Shown here: piece after piece, positions 29,901-39,378 of the stretch
How the letters are laid out: every line of letters begins with the position of its first letter
How positions within the stretch are numbered: the first letter of the stretch is position 1
NCBI GenBank assembly: GCA_003554965.1
Contig: PWHR01000063.1
Coordinates: 30,134 to 94,133, forward strand
Direction of reading: 5' to 3'
Length of the DNA: 64,000 nucleotides
Source: Thermoplasmata archaeon
Lineage (GTDB): Archaea; Thermoplasmatota; Thermoplasmata; Halarchaeoplasmatales; Halarchaeoplasmataceae
Program-made: the position numbers and the translations under genes
Notes under the pieces: generated by a model
Databases searched by the model: none
Seen by the model: only the letters and a program-made list of their open reading frames with translations
What the model was told of the DNA's origin: nothing

Positions 29901-30326
29901 CTCGTTGTTTTGGTCGAGGTTTTTGATAACGAAGAGTAGATTTCCTATCCCTTTTATATGCTCGTCGACATCTTTTAATTTTATCTTGTGTGTTTCTTCG
30001 TTTTTGCGCAAAGATATTTTTTCTTCTTCCACCTGTTTTTTGATCTCCTCAGCCTTTTCCTTCCCCTTATCGGTTAGGTTGTAGATGTATCTTTTCTGGA
30101 ATCCACCTGAAACTTTTTGGTATTCGCTTTCAACAATTTTTTCCTCTTCGAGTTCCCTCAATATATCGCCGGCTCTATTTCGCGAAAATTCGACTATATC
30201 CGCTACACCTTCCTGGCAGAGAGCGAACGGAGATTTAGAAAATGATGATCTCCCTTCCTGATATTTTTCCTCCATGCTAAGCAGATGAATCAATATCTTT
30301 TCCTTCCCCAACAGCCTAACTGGCAT
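26997..30326 (-). CDS. Second wHTH - STAND ATPase - TPR protein
   Basis: wHTH (CQEGVADIVEFSRNRAGDILRELEEE...YNLTDKG), Walker A GPLGAGKS, Walker B LSFDDLH, GLPLF motif and TPR array; likely start ATG 30326. Confidence 0.85.
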   Translation of the reverse strand: MPVRLLGKEKILIHLLSMEEKYQEGRSSFSKSPFALCQEGVADIVEFSRNRAGDILRELEEEKIVESEYQKVSGGFQKRYIYNLTDKGKEKAEEIKKQVEEEKISLRKNEETHKIKLKDVDEHIKGIGNLLFVIKNLDQNNEINLDNIGKKHAFVDREEEMDLLKERIDGLLEEGYEDEGMILFKGPLGAGKSRLIEESEKYVCDLDIDFFDWKCNGGSIVVDEGSKKIFTDLISSEVEEGYRVLEEDIQREDLSGRLKSRAEKNPLILSFDDLHRATGPLIELYQYLSEELKKHPVQFLGTYREDDLKGDVKDSIKKLESLDVSRVLEVKTLGWKGIREMIVERIGRRNIPDSFVNSLQNITDGLPLFIEAYLDELLERGTLDPVEGRYPDLNKEMVIPERIKRFYIERLEDFDEIEKDVVYLSSFFEREVLTDILSELIDGKKEEIGSAVEKVKSSNLIETPISGMITFPTELIRLSLYRDLDEDYRRKKHAEIAELFVDYYDRDEEEYFSRLARHHARSENHEEALKHYIKAGERAEKEYEIENAIVMYKRAMRIQKSVPEKRHYRRKLFEKLGEIEIKRGSLKKGEKYLKKAKDLSEDLFDEQRLERKLSSSLRRRGDFDKALESVQRSLETIDQIEGEKELLEEERCRCLKEKAITYMRKNEFDRAEEILKDLEDRSMNLNIPRVEAEVYHYLGSIGYYRSDYDTAEIYLQRAIEISEMVDDIEMIAKSRNNLGVIYRHDQRYDTALEEFKEADRLTRKSGLKKGDPDALSNMGIIYNDMGELDKALEYHEKCLDIEKSMEDKKGMASTFQNIGVIEYDKGKLDRALKLFKATLKLKTKQGEKHGVGLVHYNLGKVYREKGDLNKALDHFRKSLDIRKKKDFTQGIAETSVEKGTVHMEIGELDRAESLFNEALDIFRKIDNEYGMGITLSYLGKLHKLKKDIEKSRLYIDHSKTIGKNFMDKKFEIINHRLMAEIYMADGKVQEAHELIKESLKHAREMGAEIENGKSTHLRGNIYYDQDHWYQASEGYRKAFEIFDEMGNKKEKAKVLFDWSRMLKRIGEKEEAMQKLEEAVELFKECGHEEWCSLERDTPFADILLEIGKY

Positions 30327-30464
30327 TTGTATTGCAATACATCTTCCGATATAAAATATTATCGAAGTCGGTTTAGTATATACTAAAGAAATGACCAAAA
30401 AGATAAGTACATCGGAATCCTTTCATGGTTTAAATCATATAGAGATGAAGTCAGTGGTGGAATT

Positions 30465-31565
30465 ATGGTCGAATCTGAAATAATCCCGATTATCGAAGAA
30501 AACGAAAAGTGTAGAGAAGAAGGATTGAATCTGATCGCATCTGAAAATATCCTTTCAACTGAAGCAAGAAGGGCCCTATCCTCCGACCTTTCCGGCAGAT
30601 ATCATTCTGACTACTACGGAGGTACGGAGCACATAAGGGATATAATCAAGAAGACTGAAGAACTCGCTGAGAGACTTTTCGACGTGGAACATGCTTTTAT
30701 CAAACCCATATCCGGAAATTTATGCGATCTTAACATGCTTTTCTCATTCTCCGAACCCGGTGATGAAGTTGCAATGATACCATTTTCAGATGGAGGTTAT
30801 CCTTTAGGACTGGAAAAGTTCGATAGAGGAAGAATCGATATACCCGTAAAAAAAGACTCTTATGAGGTTGATGTCAAAGAATTGGAAGCATTATACAGTG
30901 AAAAGAGCCCGGATTTAACGATCTTGGGTGCTTCCTACATACCCTTCCCTCATCCCGTTAAAACTTTATCAGATCTATTGGATGTGAACGACCGGCCGTT
31001 GGTATACGATGGTTCCCATGTTTTAGGTCTGATAGCTACAGGTGAATTTCAAAGTCCTCTCGAAGAAGGAGCGGACGTCCTGATAGGAAGCACACATAAG
31101 TCATTCTACGGACCTCAGGGTGGTCTCATCCTTACCGATAAGGAAGAGTATGCCGAAACGATAAGGCGGTATCAGGATATAGATCTAGAAACGGGGATAG
31201 GTCTGATCGATAACCCCCACGTGAACAGGATAGCCGCGCTGGGCATCACCCTGGAGGAGATGCTAGAAGATCATGATTACGGGAAAAAGGTTATCGAGAA
31301 CGCAAGAGCTCTTGCCTCCTCTCTAGAAGATCAGGGTGTTCCGGTCAGATTTAGTGAGAAAGGTTATACAGAATCACATCAGATATTTTTAGATCTAGAT
31401 GAAAAAAGATCGAAAGAATTGTGCAGAGAACTGGAAAAAGAAAAGGTATTCATAGATATAACGGGCAGGATAGGCGTTGCAGAAGTCACCCGAAGAGGCA
31501 TGAAAGAAAACGATATGGTCGAGATAGCAGAAAAGATTAGTCCGGTATATAAAAATATAATTTAA
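30465..31565 (+). CDS. SHMT-fold PLP enzyme (atypical; possibly folate-independent aldolase)
   Basis: LNLIASEN, YDGSHVLGL and STHKSFYGPQGG are present; the YAEG.P motif and the NKN.IP.D loop are absent. Confidence 0.75.
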   Translation: MVESEIIPIIEENEKCREEGLNLIASENILSTEARRALSSDLSGRYHSDYYGGTEHIRDIIKKTEELAERLFDVEHAFIKPISGNLCDLNMLFSFSEPGDEVAMIPFSDGGYPLGLEKFDRGRIDIPVKKDSYEVDVKELEALYSEKSPDLTILGASYIPFPHPVKTLSDLLDVNDRPLVYDGSHVLGLIATGEFQSPLEEGADVLIGSTHKSFYGPQGGLILTDKEEYAETIRRYQDIDLETGIGLIDNPHVNRIAALGITLEEMLEDHDYGKKVIENARALASSLEDQGVPVRFSEKGYTESHQIFLDLDEKRSKELCRELEKEKVFIDITGRIGVAEVTRRGMKENDMVEIAEKISPVYKNII

Positions 31566-31597
31566 AAAAAGAAAGGTGTTGGTTTGACTCAACCCGT

Positions 31598-32791
31598 TCA
31601 GATCAGGTCCAGTTCTTTGCCCAGTTTTTCGTAGATCCTCAGGACTTCGTTGATGTCGTCCTTTGTAAGACCGGCGTTTACCTGATTCCTGATCCTAGCT
31701 TCTCCCTTCGCAACCATCGGGTAGACTATAGCCAATCCGAAGATACCTTCTTCGTATAGGCGGTCAGCCAGCTTCTGGCACTTCTTACTGTCGCCGACCA
31801 TAGCCGGCACGATCGGAGTTTCACTGAAACCGGTGTCGAAACCCATACTCTCCATCTCGCTCTTGAAGTAATCCGTGAGGTCCCACAACTTCTTGACCCT
31901 GTCTTCCTCTTCCTCGACTATATCCAGAGCTTCGATGTTTATCGCAGCTACATGAGGTGGGAACGCTGCACTCAACAACCAGGAGCGGGAGGTGTTGTAG
32001 GCGAATTTGATCAGCCCATCAGTTCCGGCTAACATACCGCCGAAACCGCCGAAAGCTTTGGAGAACGTACCCATCTGTACATCTATATCGTCTTCAACGT
32101 CGAATTCTTTCGCTATGCCGTGTCCTCCTCCTAGTACACCTTCTCCGTGGGCATCATCTACATAGGTCATCGCGCCGTATTCATCGGCGAGTTCCTGTAT
32201 TTCATCCATCTTGGCGATATCCCCGTCCATGCTGAAGACCCCGTCGGTCAAGACCACTTTTTTATCATAACCTTCTTCCTCCGCCTTTCTGAGACATTCT
32301 TCCAGTTCTCCCATATCTGAATGGCTGTAGACCATCTTATCGGCCTTGTACATCCTCTGGGCGATCATTATACCGTCTATGATACTGCCGTGGTTGAGTT
32401 CGTCCGAGATCAAGACGTCCCCTTTTCCGACCAGCTGAGGAACTAGTCCCGCGTTGACCGCAAAACCGGTCTGATATGTCATGCCCTCTTCCGTGCCTTT
32501 GAACTCAGCGATCCTATCCCAGAGTTCTTCATGGATGTCCATCGTTCCGGCTATAGACCAGTCTGAACCCGCCCCGGCGCCGTACTTTTCTATGGCTTTC
32601 TTCCCTGCTTCTCGCAGCCTTGGGTGGTTAGCCAGATCAAGATAATTGTTAGATGCGAGCATTATACATTCTTTTCCGTCCACCGTCACATGGGGTTTGG
32701 AGGGACCCTCCAATTTCCTTATAGTCCAGGTCAGTCCCTGTTCCTTCATCTCCTCATATTTTTCCATCAAATATTCTGTTTTATCCGCCAT
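31598..32791 (-). CDS. Glycine C-acetyltransferase (2-amino-3-ketobutyrate CoA ligase) / AONS family
   Basis: SNNYL.LA, SDELNHGSIIDG, DGVFSMDGD, DDAHG.G, GTFSKAFG, EARIR. Confidence 0.85.
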   Translation of the reverse strand: MADKTEYLMEKYEEMKEQGLTWTIRKLEGPSKPHVTVDGKECIMLASNNYLDLANHPRLREAGKKAIEKYGAGAGSDWSIAGTMDIHEELWDRIAEFKGTEEGMTYQTGFAVNAGLVPQLVGKGDVLISDELNHGSIIDGIMIAQRMYKADKMVYSHSDMGELEECLRKAEEEGYDKKVVLTDGVFSMDGDIAKMDEIQELADEYGAMTYVDDAHGEGVLGGGHGIAKEFDVEDDIDVQMGTFSKAFGGFGGMLAGTDGLIKFAYNTSRSWLLSAAFPPHVAAINIEALDIVEEEEDRVKKLWDLTDYFKSEMESMGFDTGFSETPIVPAMVGDSKKCQKLADRLYEEGIFGLAIVYPMVAKGEARIRNQVNAGLTKDDINEVLRIYEKLGKELDLI

Positions 32792-32852
32792 AATATCACT
32801 CCTTTTCAAATACCATCTATTGTACTCTTATCGTAGCTTTGTAATAGTTAAC

Positions 32853-34412
32853 CTAACTTAAATTTTTCTGAGAACCCCATCCTCCTCCACCGGGGGTTTC
32901 GATCCTTATCTTCTCTCCTTTTTTCATCTGAACAGTTATCTTACTGTTCAGTTCTTCTGATTTATCCTGCTTAGACATCCTTAAGTTCTTTCCTGGTTCT
33001 CCCCTGCCTCCACCGTTCACTCCTTTTGGACCCTCCTCTCGCCTTTCAGACTGTATCGAGGTTTCCGCATCTTCGAGCAGTTCTATCTCTCTTATGATGC
33101 CTTCCCCTCCTTCATGCTTCCCCCTACCGCCAGAACCTTTTCTCAGTTTATAGCTACTGACCCTGAGCGGATAGTCGTTTTCCAGCGCTTCGATAGGTGT
33201 GTTTTTCGTGTTGGTCATGTGCACGTGAACTCCACTTTCACCGCTCCCTTTAAATGAAGCACCGGCACCTCCTCCGATGGTTTCATAATAGGTGAAATCA
33301 TCGTTCCCTATGGTAAGATTGTTCATGGTGCCTTGACTCTCAGCCGGAATCTTTTCTGGGAAAACAGGATACAGCGCTCTCAAAAGTAGTTCTACAACCC
33401 TCTGTGAGGTCTCGACGTTTCCGGCTGAGACCGCGGCGGGTGGTTCAGGATCTAGTACAGTCCCGCGCGGTATCTCTATACTGAGCGGTTGATAACACCC
33501 TTCGTTTATGGGTACATCCTTGGAAAGAAGACATCTTATAACGTAATAGACAGCAGAGCGAGTCACTGGTTCAGGTGCGTTGATGTTCCCTTCAACTTGC
33601 TTTGAGGTACCGGAAAAATCAAAATCGATCTCTTCCTCCTTGACTTCGACACGGACCTTCAGCTCAACGTCCTCTTTCCATTCCATGATGTCTTTGGATG
33701 AGTATACGCCATTGGGCATATCCTTGATCATCTTCTTCGTTCTCTTTTCCGAATAATCCATGATCTGCTCTTTGAAGGTTAAGAAATCTTCGACTCCAAA
33801 CTTATCTACGGTAGCTTTGAATTCTTTCGCACCTTTTTGGTTAGCTCCCACTTGCGCTCTCAGATCACCCGATCTCTCCTTAGGTACACGGGCTTTTTCG
33901 AAGAGCTCTAGAACATCTTTTAAAAGATAGTTGTCCTTGATCAGGCGGCGGGGCGGTATCACGATACCTTCCTCATGCAGTGATCTGCTGTCTCCAGGCA
34001 TCGACCCAGGAGTTTCTCCACCTACATCGGAATGATGGGCCCTGTTCACCACGTAACCTATGAGTTCTTCTTTCTGAAAGACGGGTTTCACCACGGTGAT
34101 ATCGGGAAGGTGAGTTCCTCCGGAATAAGGATCGTTCAGTATGTATTGGACACCTTCCTCCATATCGTACGAGGAAACGACGCTCTCTATGGCGCTCGGC
34201 ATCGCCCCTAGATGTACAGGGATGTGTTCCGCCTGGGCGATCATGTCTCCTTCAGAAGTGAACAGAGCGCAGGACTCGTCCTTCCTCTCCTTTATGTTGG
34301 GTGAGTAGGCGCTCCTCTGGAGTGCGGCCCCCATCTGTTCAGGGATGGCGGTGAATGCGTGCTTCATGACTTCCAGTTTAGTCGGGCTAAGATCTTTTTC
34401 TTTCCGATTCAT
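32853..34412 (-). CDS. Hydantoinase B / 5-oxoprolinase subunit
   Basis: YSPNIKERKD.SC, HIPVHLG, NDPYSGGTHLPD, HHSDVGG, TPGGGGWG; ATGA overlap with subunit A. Confidence 0.9.
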   Translation of the reverse strand: MNRKEKDLSPTKLEVMKHAFTAIPEQMGAALQRSAYSPNIKERKDESCALFTSEGDMIAQAEHIPVHLGAMPSAIESVVSSYDMEEGVQYILNDPYSGGTHLPDITVVKPVFQKEELIGYVVNRAHHSDVGGETPGSMPGDSRSLHEEGIVIPPRRLIKDNYLLKDVLELFEKARVPKERSGDLRAQVGANQKGAKEFKATVDKFGVEDFLTFKEQIMDYSEKRTKKMIKDMPNGVYSSKDIMEWKEDVELKVRVEVKEEEIDFDFSGTSKQVEGNINAPEPVTRSAVYYVIRCLLSKDVPINEGCYQPLSIEIPRGTVLDPEPPAAVSAGNVETSQRVVELLLRALYPVFPEKIPAESQGTMNNLTIGNDDFTYYETIGGGAGASFKGSGESGVHVHMTNTKNTPIEALENDYPLRVSSYKLRKGSGGRGKHEGGEGIIREIELLEDAETSIQSERREEGPKGVNGGGRGEPGKNLRMSKQDKSEELNSKITVQMKKGEKIRIETPGGGGWGSQKNLS

Positions 34413-36328
34413 CCTGATCTCTCCATCTCGATTATACCTGAATCCGTACTCTTCCAATCCCAGTTTGGTGGGACAAGCACCGTAGAATTTTCGTCCTCGA
34501 TCACCGCTGGGCCTTCTCCTTCTTCTCCCGTTTGTAAATACTTCCTATAATAGATCTCTGTTTTCATCCATCCTTCAGGGAAGAGGCACTTCCTGTTCAT
34601 CGGATGAGGTCCTTTTTCTGTTCTATGTGGTATATCTTCCAACTGCCTCTCTCTCCTGATCTCTAAATGTATCCTCACGACCTCTATCTCCTCCTCCGGT
34701 TCCGAGTAGCCGTACTTTTTCTCATGTTCTTGGTGGAACCTTTCCTCGGTTTCGTTCAACGTTGTGTATGGAACATTGATGTGATAGCTCTGCCCTTTAT
34801 AGCGTAGACCGAGGAGTAACCTTTCTTTTCCATCCTCTTCACTCCCCGTTTTCAGTTCTGATATGGTATTTTCGATCTCAGAAAAGTTCTGTAGTGAGGT
34901 CAGGACAGTTCTGCTGTAGTCATGCACCACGTCACTTGTGACCATGCCGAGTGCGGAGAACACTCCCGCTAGAGGAGGAACTATGACTTCTTCCATCCCC
35001 AGTTCTTCCGCCAAAGAAGCCGCGTGGAGAGGTCCCGCACCTCCGAAAGCGAGTATCGAAAAACTTTCAGGATCAAGACCTCTCTCGACAGTGATACGCT
35101 TCATCGTTCTCGCCATCTTGGAATTCGCAACTCTAAAAATACCTTTCAGCGTTTCCTCATATCCCATATCTAGTTTTTTAGAGAGTTTTTTGATAGCTCT
35201 TTCTGTCTTCTTGTATTCCAGATCTATCTTCCCTCCAAGAAAATAATCTTGATCGATATAACCCATCAAGAGTAAGGCGTCGGTGACAGTGGGCTTTTCA
35301 CCACCTCTACCATAACAGACCGGGCCGGGATCGGCACCGGCGCTTTCAGGACCTATCCTTAAAGCTCCACCCTCATCTCGCCAAGCTATACTGCCGCCTC
35401 CAGAACCAACGGTCACTATATCCACCATCTTGCTCTGGATCGGAAAGCCTCCTATTTCCCCCTGGTCTTTCCAGGCCGCATCTCCTTCCACTATAGCGGC
35501 CATGTCGGCACTGGTCCCACCCATATCGAAGGTTATGATGTTATCTATATCTAGAAGTTCAGCTATATGAGCGCCTCCTGACGCTCCTCCAGCAGGTCCG
35601 GAGTAAAGGCAGTCCACGGCCCTCACTTTCGAGGCTCTCTCAAGACCTCCGCCGGACTTCATGATGTAGGGTTCTTTTCCCAAGATCGTAGTGACAGAAG
35701 AGAAGTAATCTTCTATAAGCGGATTGAGGTAGGCATCTAAAAGAGTGGTGAGACCCCTTTCGTACTCTCTAAACTCTCCCGTGACTTCGCTGGAGAGCGA
35801 GTGAGGAACCTCCTTTTCCTTCAAGATTTCGCCTATCTTATCCTCCTGTTCCGCATCCTTGTAGGAATGGAGCAAGCATACCGCGGCGGACAACCCTTTC
35901 TCATCGAGCTTCTCCGCCAAGCGCTCCAATTCATCCTTATCTATCTCCTTCATGATCTCTCCGGAGCGGTCCATCCTGCAGGATACACCGAAGCAGTTCT
36001 CTCTTTTAAGCGGAGGTTTCGGTTTTTCGACATTCAGTTCATACAATTCCGGCCTATCCTGCCTTCCTATGAAAAGTAGGTCTTCGAAACCTTCGTTGGT
36101 GATGAAAGCGGTATCTACTCCTTCCTTCTCCAAGAAGGCGTTCGTCGCTACTGTAGTTCCATGGAACACCTCCGCTCCATCGGCTACTTTTATACTCTCT
36201 TTATCAAGACCATCGGCTATGGCTCTCTCTGGAGCTGAGGGTGTGGAAGGTATCTTGAAATGGTTGAGCCCTTCATCTAGAACTACGAAATCGGTGAAAG
36301 TTCCTCCGATATCTATCGATATCAACAT
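34409..36328 (-). CDS. Hydantoinase A / 5-oxoprolinase ATP-binding subunit
   Basis: DIGGTFTD, HGTTVATNA, SGPAGG, DMGGTS, GSGGGS, SAGADPGPVCY, FGGAGPLH. Confidence 0.92.
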   Translation of the reverse strand: MLISIDIGGTFTDFVVLDEGLNHFKIPSTPSAPERAIADGLDKESIKVADGAEVFHGTTVATNAFLEKEGVDTAFITNEGFEDLLFIGRQDRPELYELNVEKPKPPLKRENCFGVSCRMDRSGEIMKEIDKDELERLAEKLDEKGLSAAVCLLHSYKDAEQEDKIGEILKEKEVPHSLSSEVTGEFREYERGLTTLLDAYLNPLIEDYFSSVTTILGKEPYIMKSGGGLERASKVRAVDCLYSGPAGGASGGAHIAELLDIDNIITFDMGGTSADMAAIVEGDAAWKDQGEIGGFPIQSKMVDIVTVGSGGGSIAWRDEGGALRIGPESAGADPGPVCYGRGGEKPTVTDALLLMGYIDQDYFLGGKIDLEYKKTERAIKKLSKKLDMGYEETLKGIFRVANSKMARTMKRITVERGLDPESFSILAFGGAGPLHAASLAEELGMEEVIVPPLAGVFSALGMVTSDVVHDYSRTVLTSLQNFSEIENTISELKTGSEEDGKERLLLGLRYKGQSYHINVPYTTLNETEERFHQEHEKKYGYSEPEEEIEVVRIHLEIRRERQLEDIPHRTEKGPHPMNRKCLFPEGWMKTEIYYRKYLQTGEEGEGPAVIEDENSTVLVPPNWDWKSTDSGIIEMERSG

Positions 36329-36432
36329 ACGGATAGTTTACTTCGAACAGGTAAATAATACTTGTCTTGCGATCCTTATCTCAAGAAACACCAATCCAAA
36401 AACCCATATATCATCTTTGAATTGCTACATAC

Positions 36433-38094
36433 ATGGCCGATGAAAGAGAAGAATTAATCAGGAAATACGCGCTGCGGAACGCCGTTAAATTTGAAGGAGA
36501 AGCTTCTGTTGGACCGGTGATGGGGAAAGTCATGGGAGAATCTGACGAATGCAGAGAAGATCCAGAAGGTACGAAGGAACTTGTCGCCTCGATCATAGCA
36601 GATGTCAACGAACTCACTCTTGAGGAACAGAATGAAGAACTCGAAGAGCTTATGCCAGAGTTCTTTGAAGAAGATGAAGAAAAGGAGGAGAAAGCACTTC
36701 CCGAGCTGGATGCGGATGAAGTCGTCATGAGGATGGCGCCCTATCCATCCGGACCGCTTCACATAGGAAACGCCAGGATGATACTGCTCAACGACGAATA
36801 CGTCAAGAATTACGATGGTAAGCTGATCCTTTTTTATGACGATACTATCGGTTCCGAAGAGAAGAGATTGCTACCGGAAGCCTTTGACATGATAAAAGAA
36901 GGTCTAGATTGGTTAGGGGTGGACTGGCACGAGACCTATTACAAGTCGGATAGGATGGACACCTATTACGAGTACGCTGAGAAGATAATCGAGAAAGAAG
37001 AAGCTTACGTCTGTGAATGCAGCGCTGAGAGATTAAGAGATAATAGAGAAAAAGGCATAGAATGCGAACACAGGGAGAAAAGTGTTGAAGAGAACCTCGA
37101 AGATTGGGAAAAGATGCTTGAAGGAGTGTACGAAGAAGGCGAAGCCGTCCTTAGGATAAAAACCGACATGGAACACCCCGATCCCGCTTTCAGAGACAGG
37201 GTACTTTTCCGCATAAGTGAAAGGAGGCATCCTAGAGTGGGGAATGAGTACAGAGTATGGCCTCTTTTGGAGTTCTCTTGGGCTATAGACGATCACCTCC
37301 TGGGGATGACCCACATCTTAAGAGGTAAGGACTTGGTCATCGAGGACAGGATGGAAGAATATATCTGGGATATATTCGGTTGGGACCATCCCGAATTTCT
37401 ACATTACGGAATGCTCCGTTTGAAAGAACTCAGTCTAAGCAAGAGTAAGTTCCAGAGGATGATATCAGAAGGCGATATTGAGGGTTGGAATGATCCGAGG
37501 ACATGGTCATTACAGGCGCTCAGAAGGAGAGGTATAAAGCCTGAAGCCTTGAGAGATTTTATACTCGATTTTGGACTCTCCAGCACTGACGTCGAAGTTC
37601 CCGCTTCAAAGCTTTACGCAAAGAACAGAGAAGTGATCGACGAGGAATCCAACCGCTACTTTTTCGTACCCGATCCAGTGGAGATAGAACTCGAAGGCGA
37701 AATAGAGATGGAAGAGGCTAGAGTGCCCAGACATCCCGACGATCCTGATAGAGGAGATAGGATCCTGAAAACTGGAGAAAATGTATTCATACCTAGGGAA
37801 GAGTACGAGGAGTTCCAGGATGAAGAGATACGGTTGAAGAACTTCTGCAATATCAGATTGAAAGATGGAAAAGGCGTCATAACAGGCGTGGAGAACAAGG
37901 ATATCCTCAAGATACAGTGGCTGAGTGAAGGAATCGATGTGAAGGTCGAGAGACCAGATGCATCGGTGGAAAAGGGACTCGGTGAAAGAAATCTAGAGGA
38001 AACTAGCACAGGAGACATCATCCAGTTCGAGAGGTACGGTTTCGCGAGGATAGAGGAAAAAGACCCGTACTACGCTGTATTCGGTCACAGGTAA
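36433..38094 (+). CDS. gltX: Glutamate--tRNA ligase (archaeal)
   Basis: RMAPYPSGPLHIGN, THILRGKD, LSKS, QFERYGF. Confidence 0.95.
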   Translation: MADEREELIRKYALRNAVKFEGEASVGPVMGKVMGESDECREDPEGTKELVASIIADVNELTLEEQNEELEELMPEFFEEDEEKEEKALPELDADEVVMRMAPYPSGPLHIGNARMILLNDEYVKNYDGKLILFYDDTIGSEEKRLLPEAFDMIKEGLDWLGVDWHETYYKSDRMDTYYEYAEKIIEKEEAYVCECSAERLRDNREKGIECEHREKSVEENLEDWEKMLEGVYEEGEAVLRIKTDMEHPDPAFRDRVLFRISERRHPRVGNEYRVWPLLEFSWAIDDHLLGMTHILRGKDLVIEDRMEEYIWDIFGWDHPEFLHYGMLRLKELSLSKSKFQRMISEGDIEGWNDPRTWSLQALRRRGIKPEALRDFILDFGLSSTDVEVPASKLYAKNREVIDEESNRYFFVPDPVEIELEGEIEMEEARVPRHPDDPDRGDRILKTGENVFIPREEYEEFQDEEIRLKNFCNIRLKDGKGVITGVENKDILKIQWLSEGIDVKVERPDASVEKGLGERNLEETSTGDIIQFERYGFARIEEKDPYYAVFGHR

Positions 38095-38135
38095 AAAACC
38101 AAAAATGATTTATCTTCACTTTTCATGTTGTCCCC

Positions 38136-38318
38136 ATGGAGCAGCACAAACACTGCAAGATCTGTAACAAGCCTGTTCCTCTAGATAGGGACTTCTGTTC
38201 GGAGAAGTGCAGAGAGGAATATCAGGAGTTCATGGATAAGAGAAGGAAAAGGCAGTACATATTCTACATTCTTTTGGTAGTTCTGATCGTGGTGGCGTTC
38301 CTGACCTTTACGATGTGA
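38136..38318 (+). CDS. DUF2116-like Zn-ribbon membrane protein
   Basis: HKHCKICNKPVP.DRDFCSEKC followed by a C-terminal TM helix. Confidence 0.8.
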   Translation: MEQHKHCKICNKPVPLDRDFCSEKCREEYQEFMDKRRKRQYIFYILLVVLIVVAFLTFTM

Positions 38319-38335
38319 TAGATCGGTGATGATAT

Positions 38336-39289
38336 ATGAGTAAAGACGTCGTCGTCGGTGGGACCTTCGATCACCTACACTTGGGTCATGAAAAGCTGTT
38401 GAATAAAGCCTTAGAGATGAGCGAAGGAGGAAAAGTCACTATCGGACTGGTTTCCGACGAGATGCTCAAAGAGTGGAAACCTGAAGTCGATCACAGCTTT
38501 GAGGAGAGGAAACGAAGCTTGGAAGAATTTTTACCTCCTGACAAAGATTATTCTATAGAGGAGATAAACGATCCCTACAGGAAAGCGGTAGAAGAGGATT
38601 TTGATACTTTAGTCGTTTCGTATGAGACCAGGAAAAGAGGTGAAGAGATCAACCAAATGAGACTAGAAAATGGTAAAGAACCTTTGGAACTGATAGAGGT
38701 GAAGCCGGTATTGGCCGAAGATCTTTTACCTTTGAACTCGAGCAGGATCAGAGCTGGTGAAGTGAACAGTCACGGCGATCTTATCAAACCTGTGAAGATA
38801 AGACTGGGTTCAACGAACGAGGTCAAAAAAGAAGCTGTTTCAGAGGCTTTTAAAGATTATTTTGAATTTGAACTTCACCCTGAAGGTATCGAAGGGCTGA
38901 AAGATCAACCCTTCAACGATGAGATCGTTAAGGGTGCGGAAAAAAGGGCGGAGGTACCAGAGAGTTTCGATTACGGGATCGGTGTAGAAAGCGGTATGGT
39001 AGAGACTAAAAGCGGGATCTTCTCCGTTGAGTACGTGGTGATAAAAGACAAACTCGGTTTCAGCTCAACGGGTCACGGTCCCGGGTTTCCCATTCCAGAA
39101 GATTGGAGCCCCACTCTCAAAGAGGACTCGACTTTAGGCGATAAATTGCGTGTGGTCTTCGGCGAGGATGTAGAAGGAATGGGTGCCGTCGGCTTCTTAA
39201 CCCAGGGCAGAGTGAAGAGAAAGGACTGTATAAAAATGGCCTGTCACACGGCCATGGTACCTAGGTTGAACGCTGAACTTTACTATTAG
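38336..39289 (+). CDS. coaD: Phosphopantetheine adenylyltransferase fused to YjjX-type inosine/xanthosine triphosphatase
   Basis: N-terminal GGTFDHLHLGH...VSYET...SSRIR; C-terminal GSTNEVK...QPF...GIGVESG...GAVGFLT. Confidence 0.85.
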   Translation: MSKDVVVGGTFDHLHLGHEKLLNKALEMSEGGKVTIGLVSDEMLKEWKPEVDHSFEERKRSLEEFLPPDKDYSIEEINDPYRKAVEEDFDTLVVSYETRKRGEEINQMRLENGKEPLELIEVKPVLAEDLLPLNSSRIRAGEVNSHGDLIKPVKIRLGSTNEVKKEAVSEAFKDYFEFELHPEGIEGLKDQPFNDEIVKGAEKRAEVPESFDYGIGVESGMVETKSGIFSVEYVVIKDKLGFSSTGHGPGFPIPEDWSPTLKEDSTLGDKLRVVFGEDVEGMGAVGFLTQGRVKRKDCIKMACHTAMVPRLNAELYY

Positions 39290-39378
39290 GTAAGACTCTC
39301 TTCGGGGGAAATATTTAATAACAAGTCCTGAGTATGCAGAGAACACTCTGCAATAACTTATCTGGAGCGTAATACAAT

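Noticed and set aside
39335-39352. TGCAGAG-AACA-CTCTGCA hairpin before rps19e
   Set aside because: A single 7-bp stem with no second line of evidence; it could be a leader or operator but cannot be supported.
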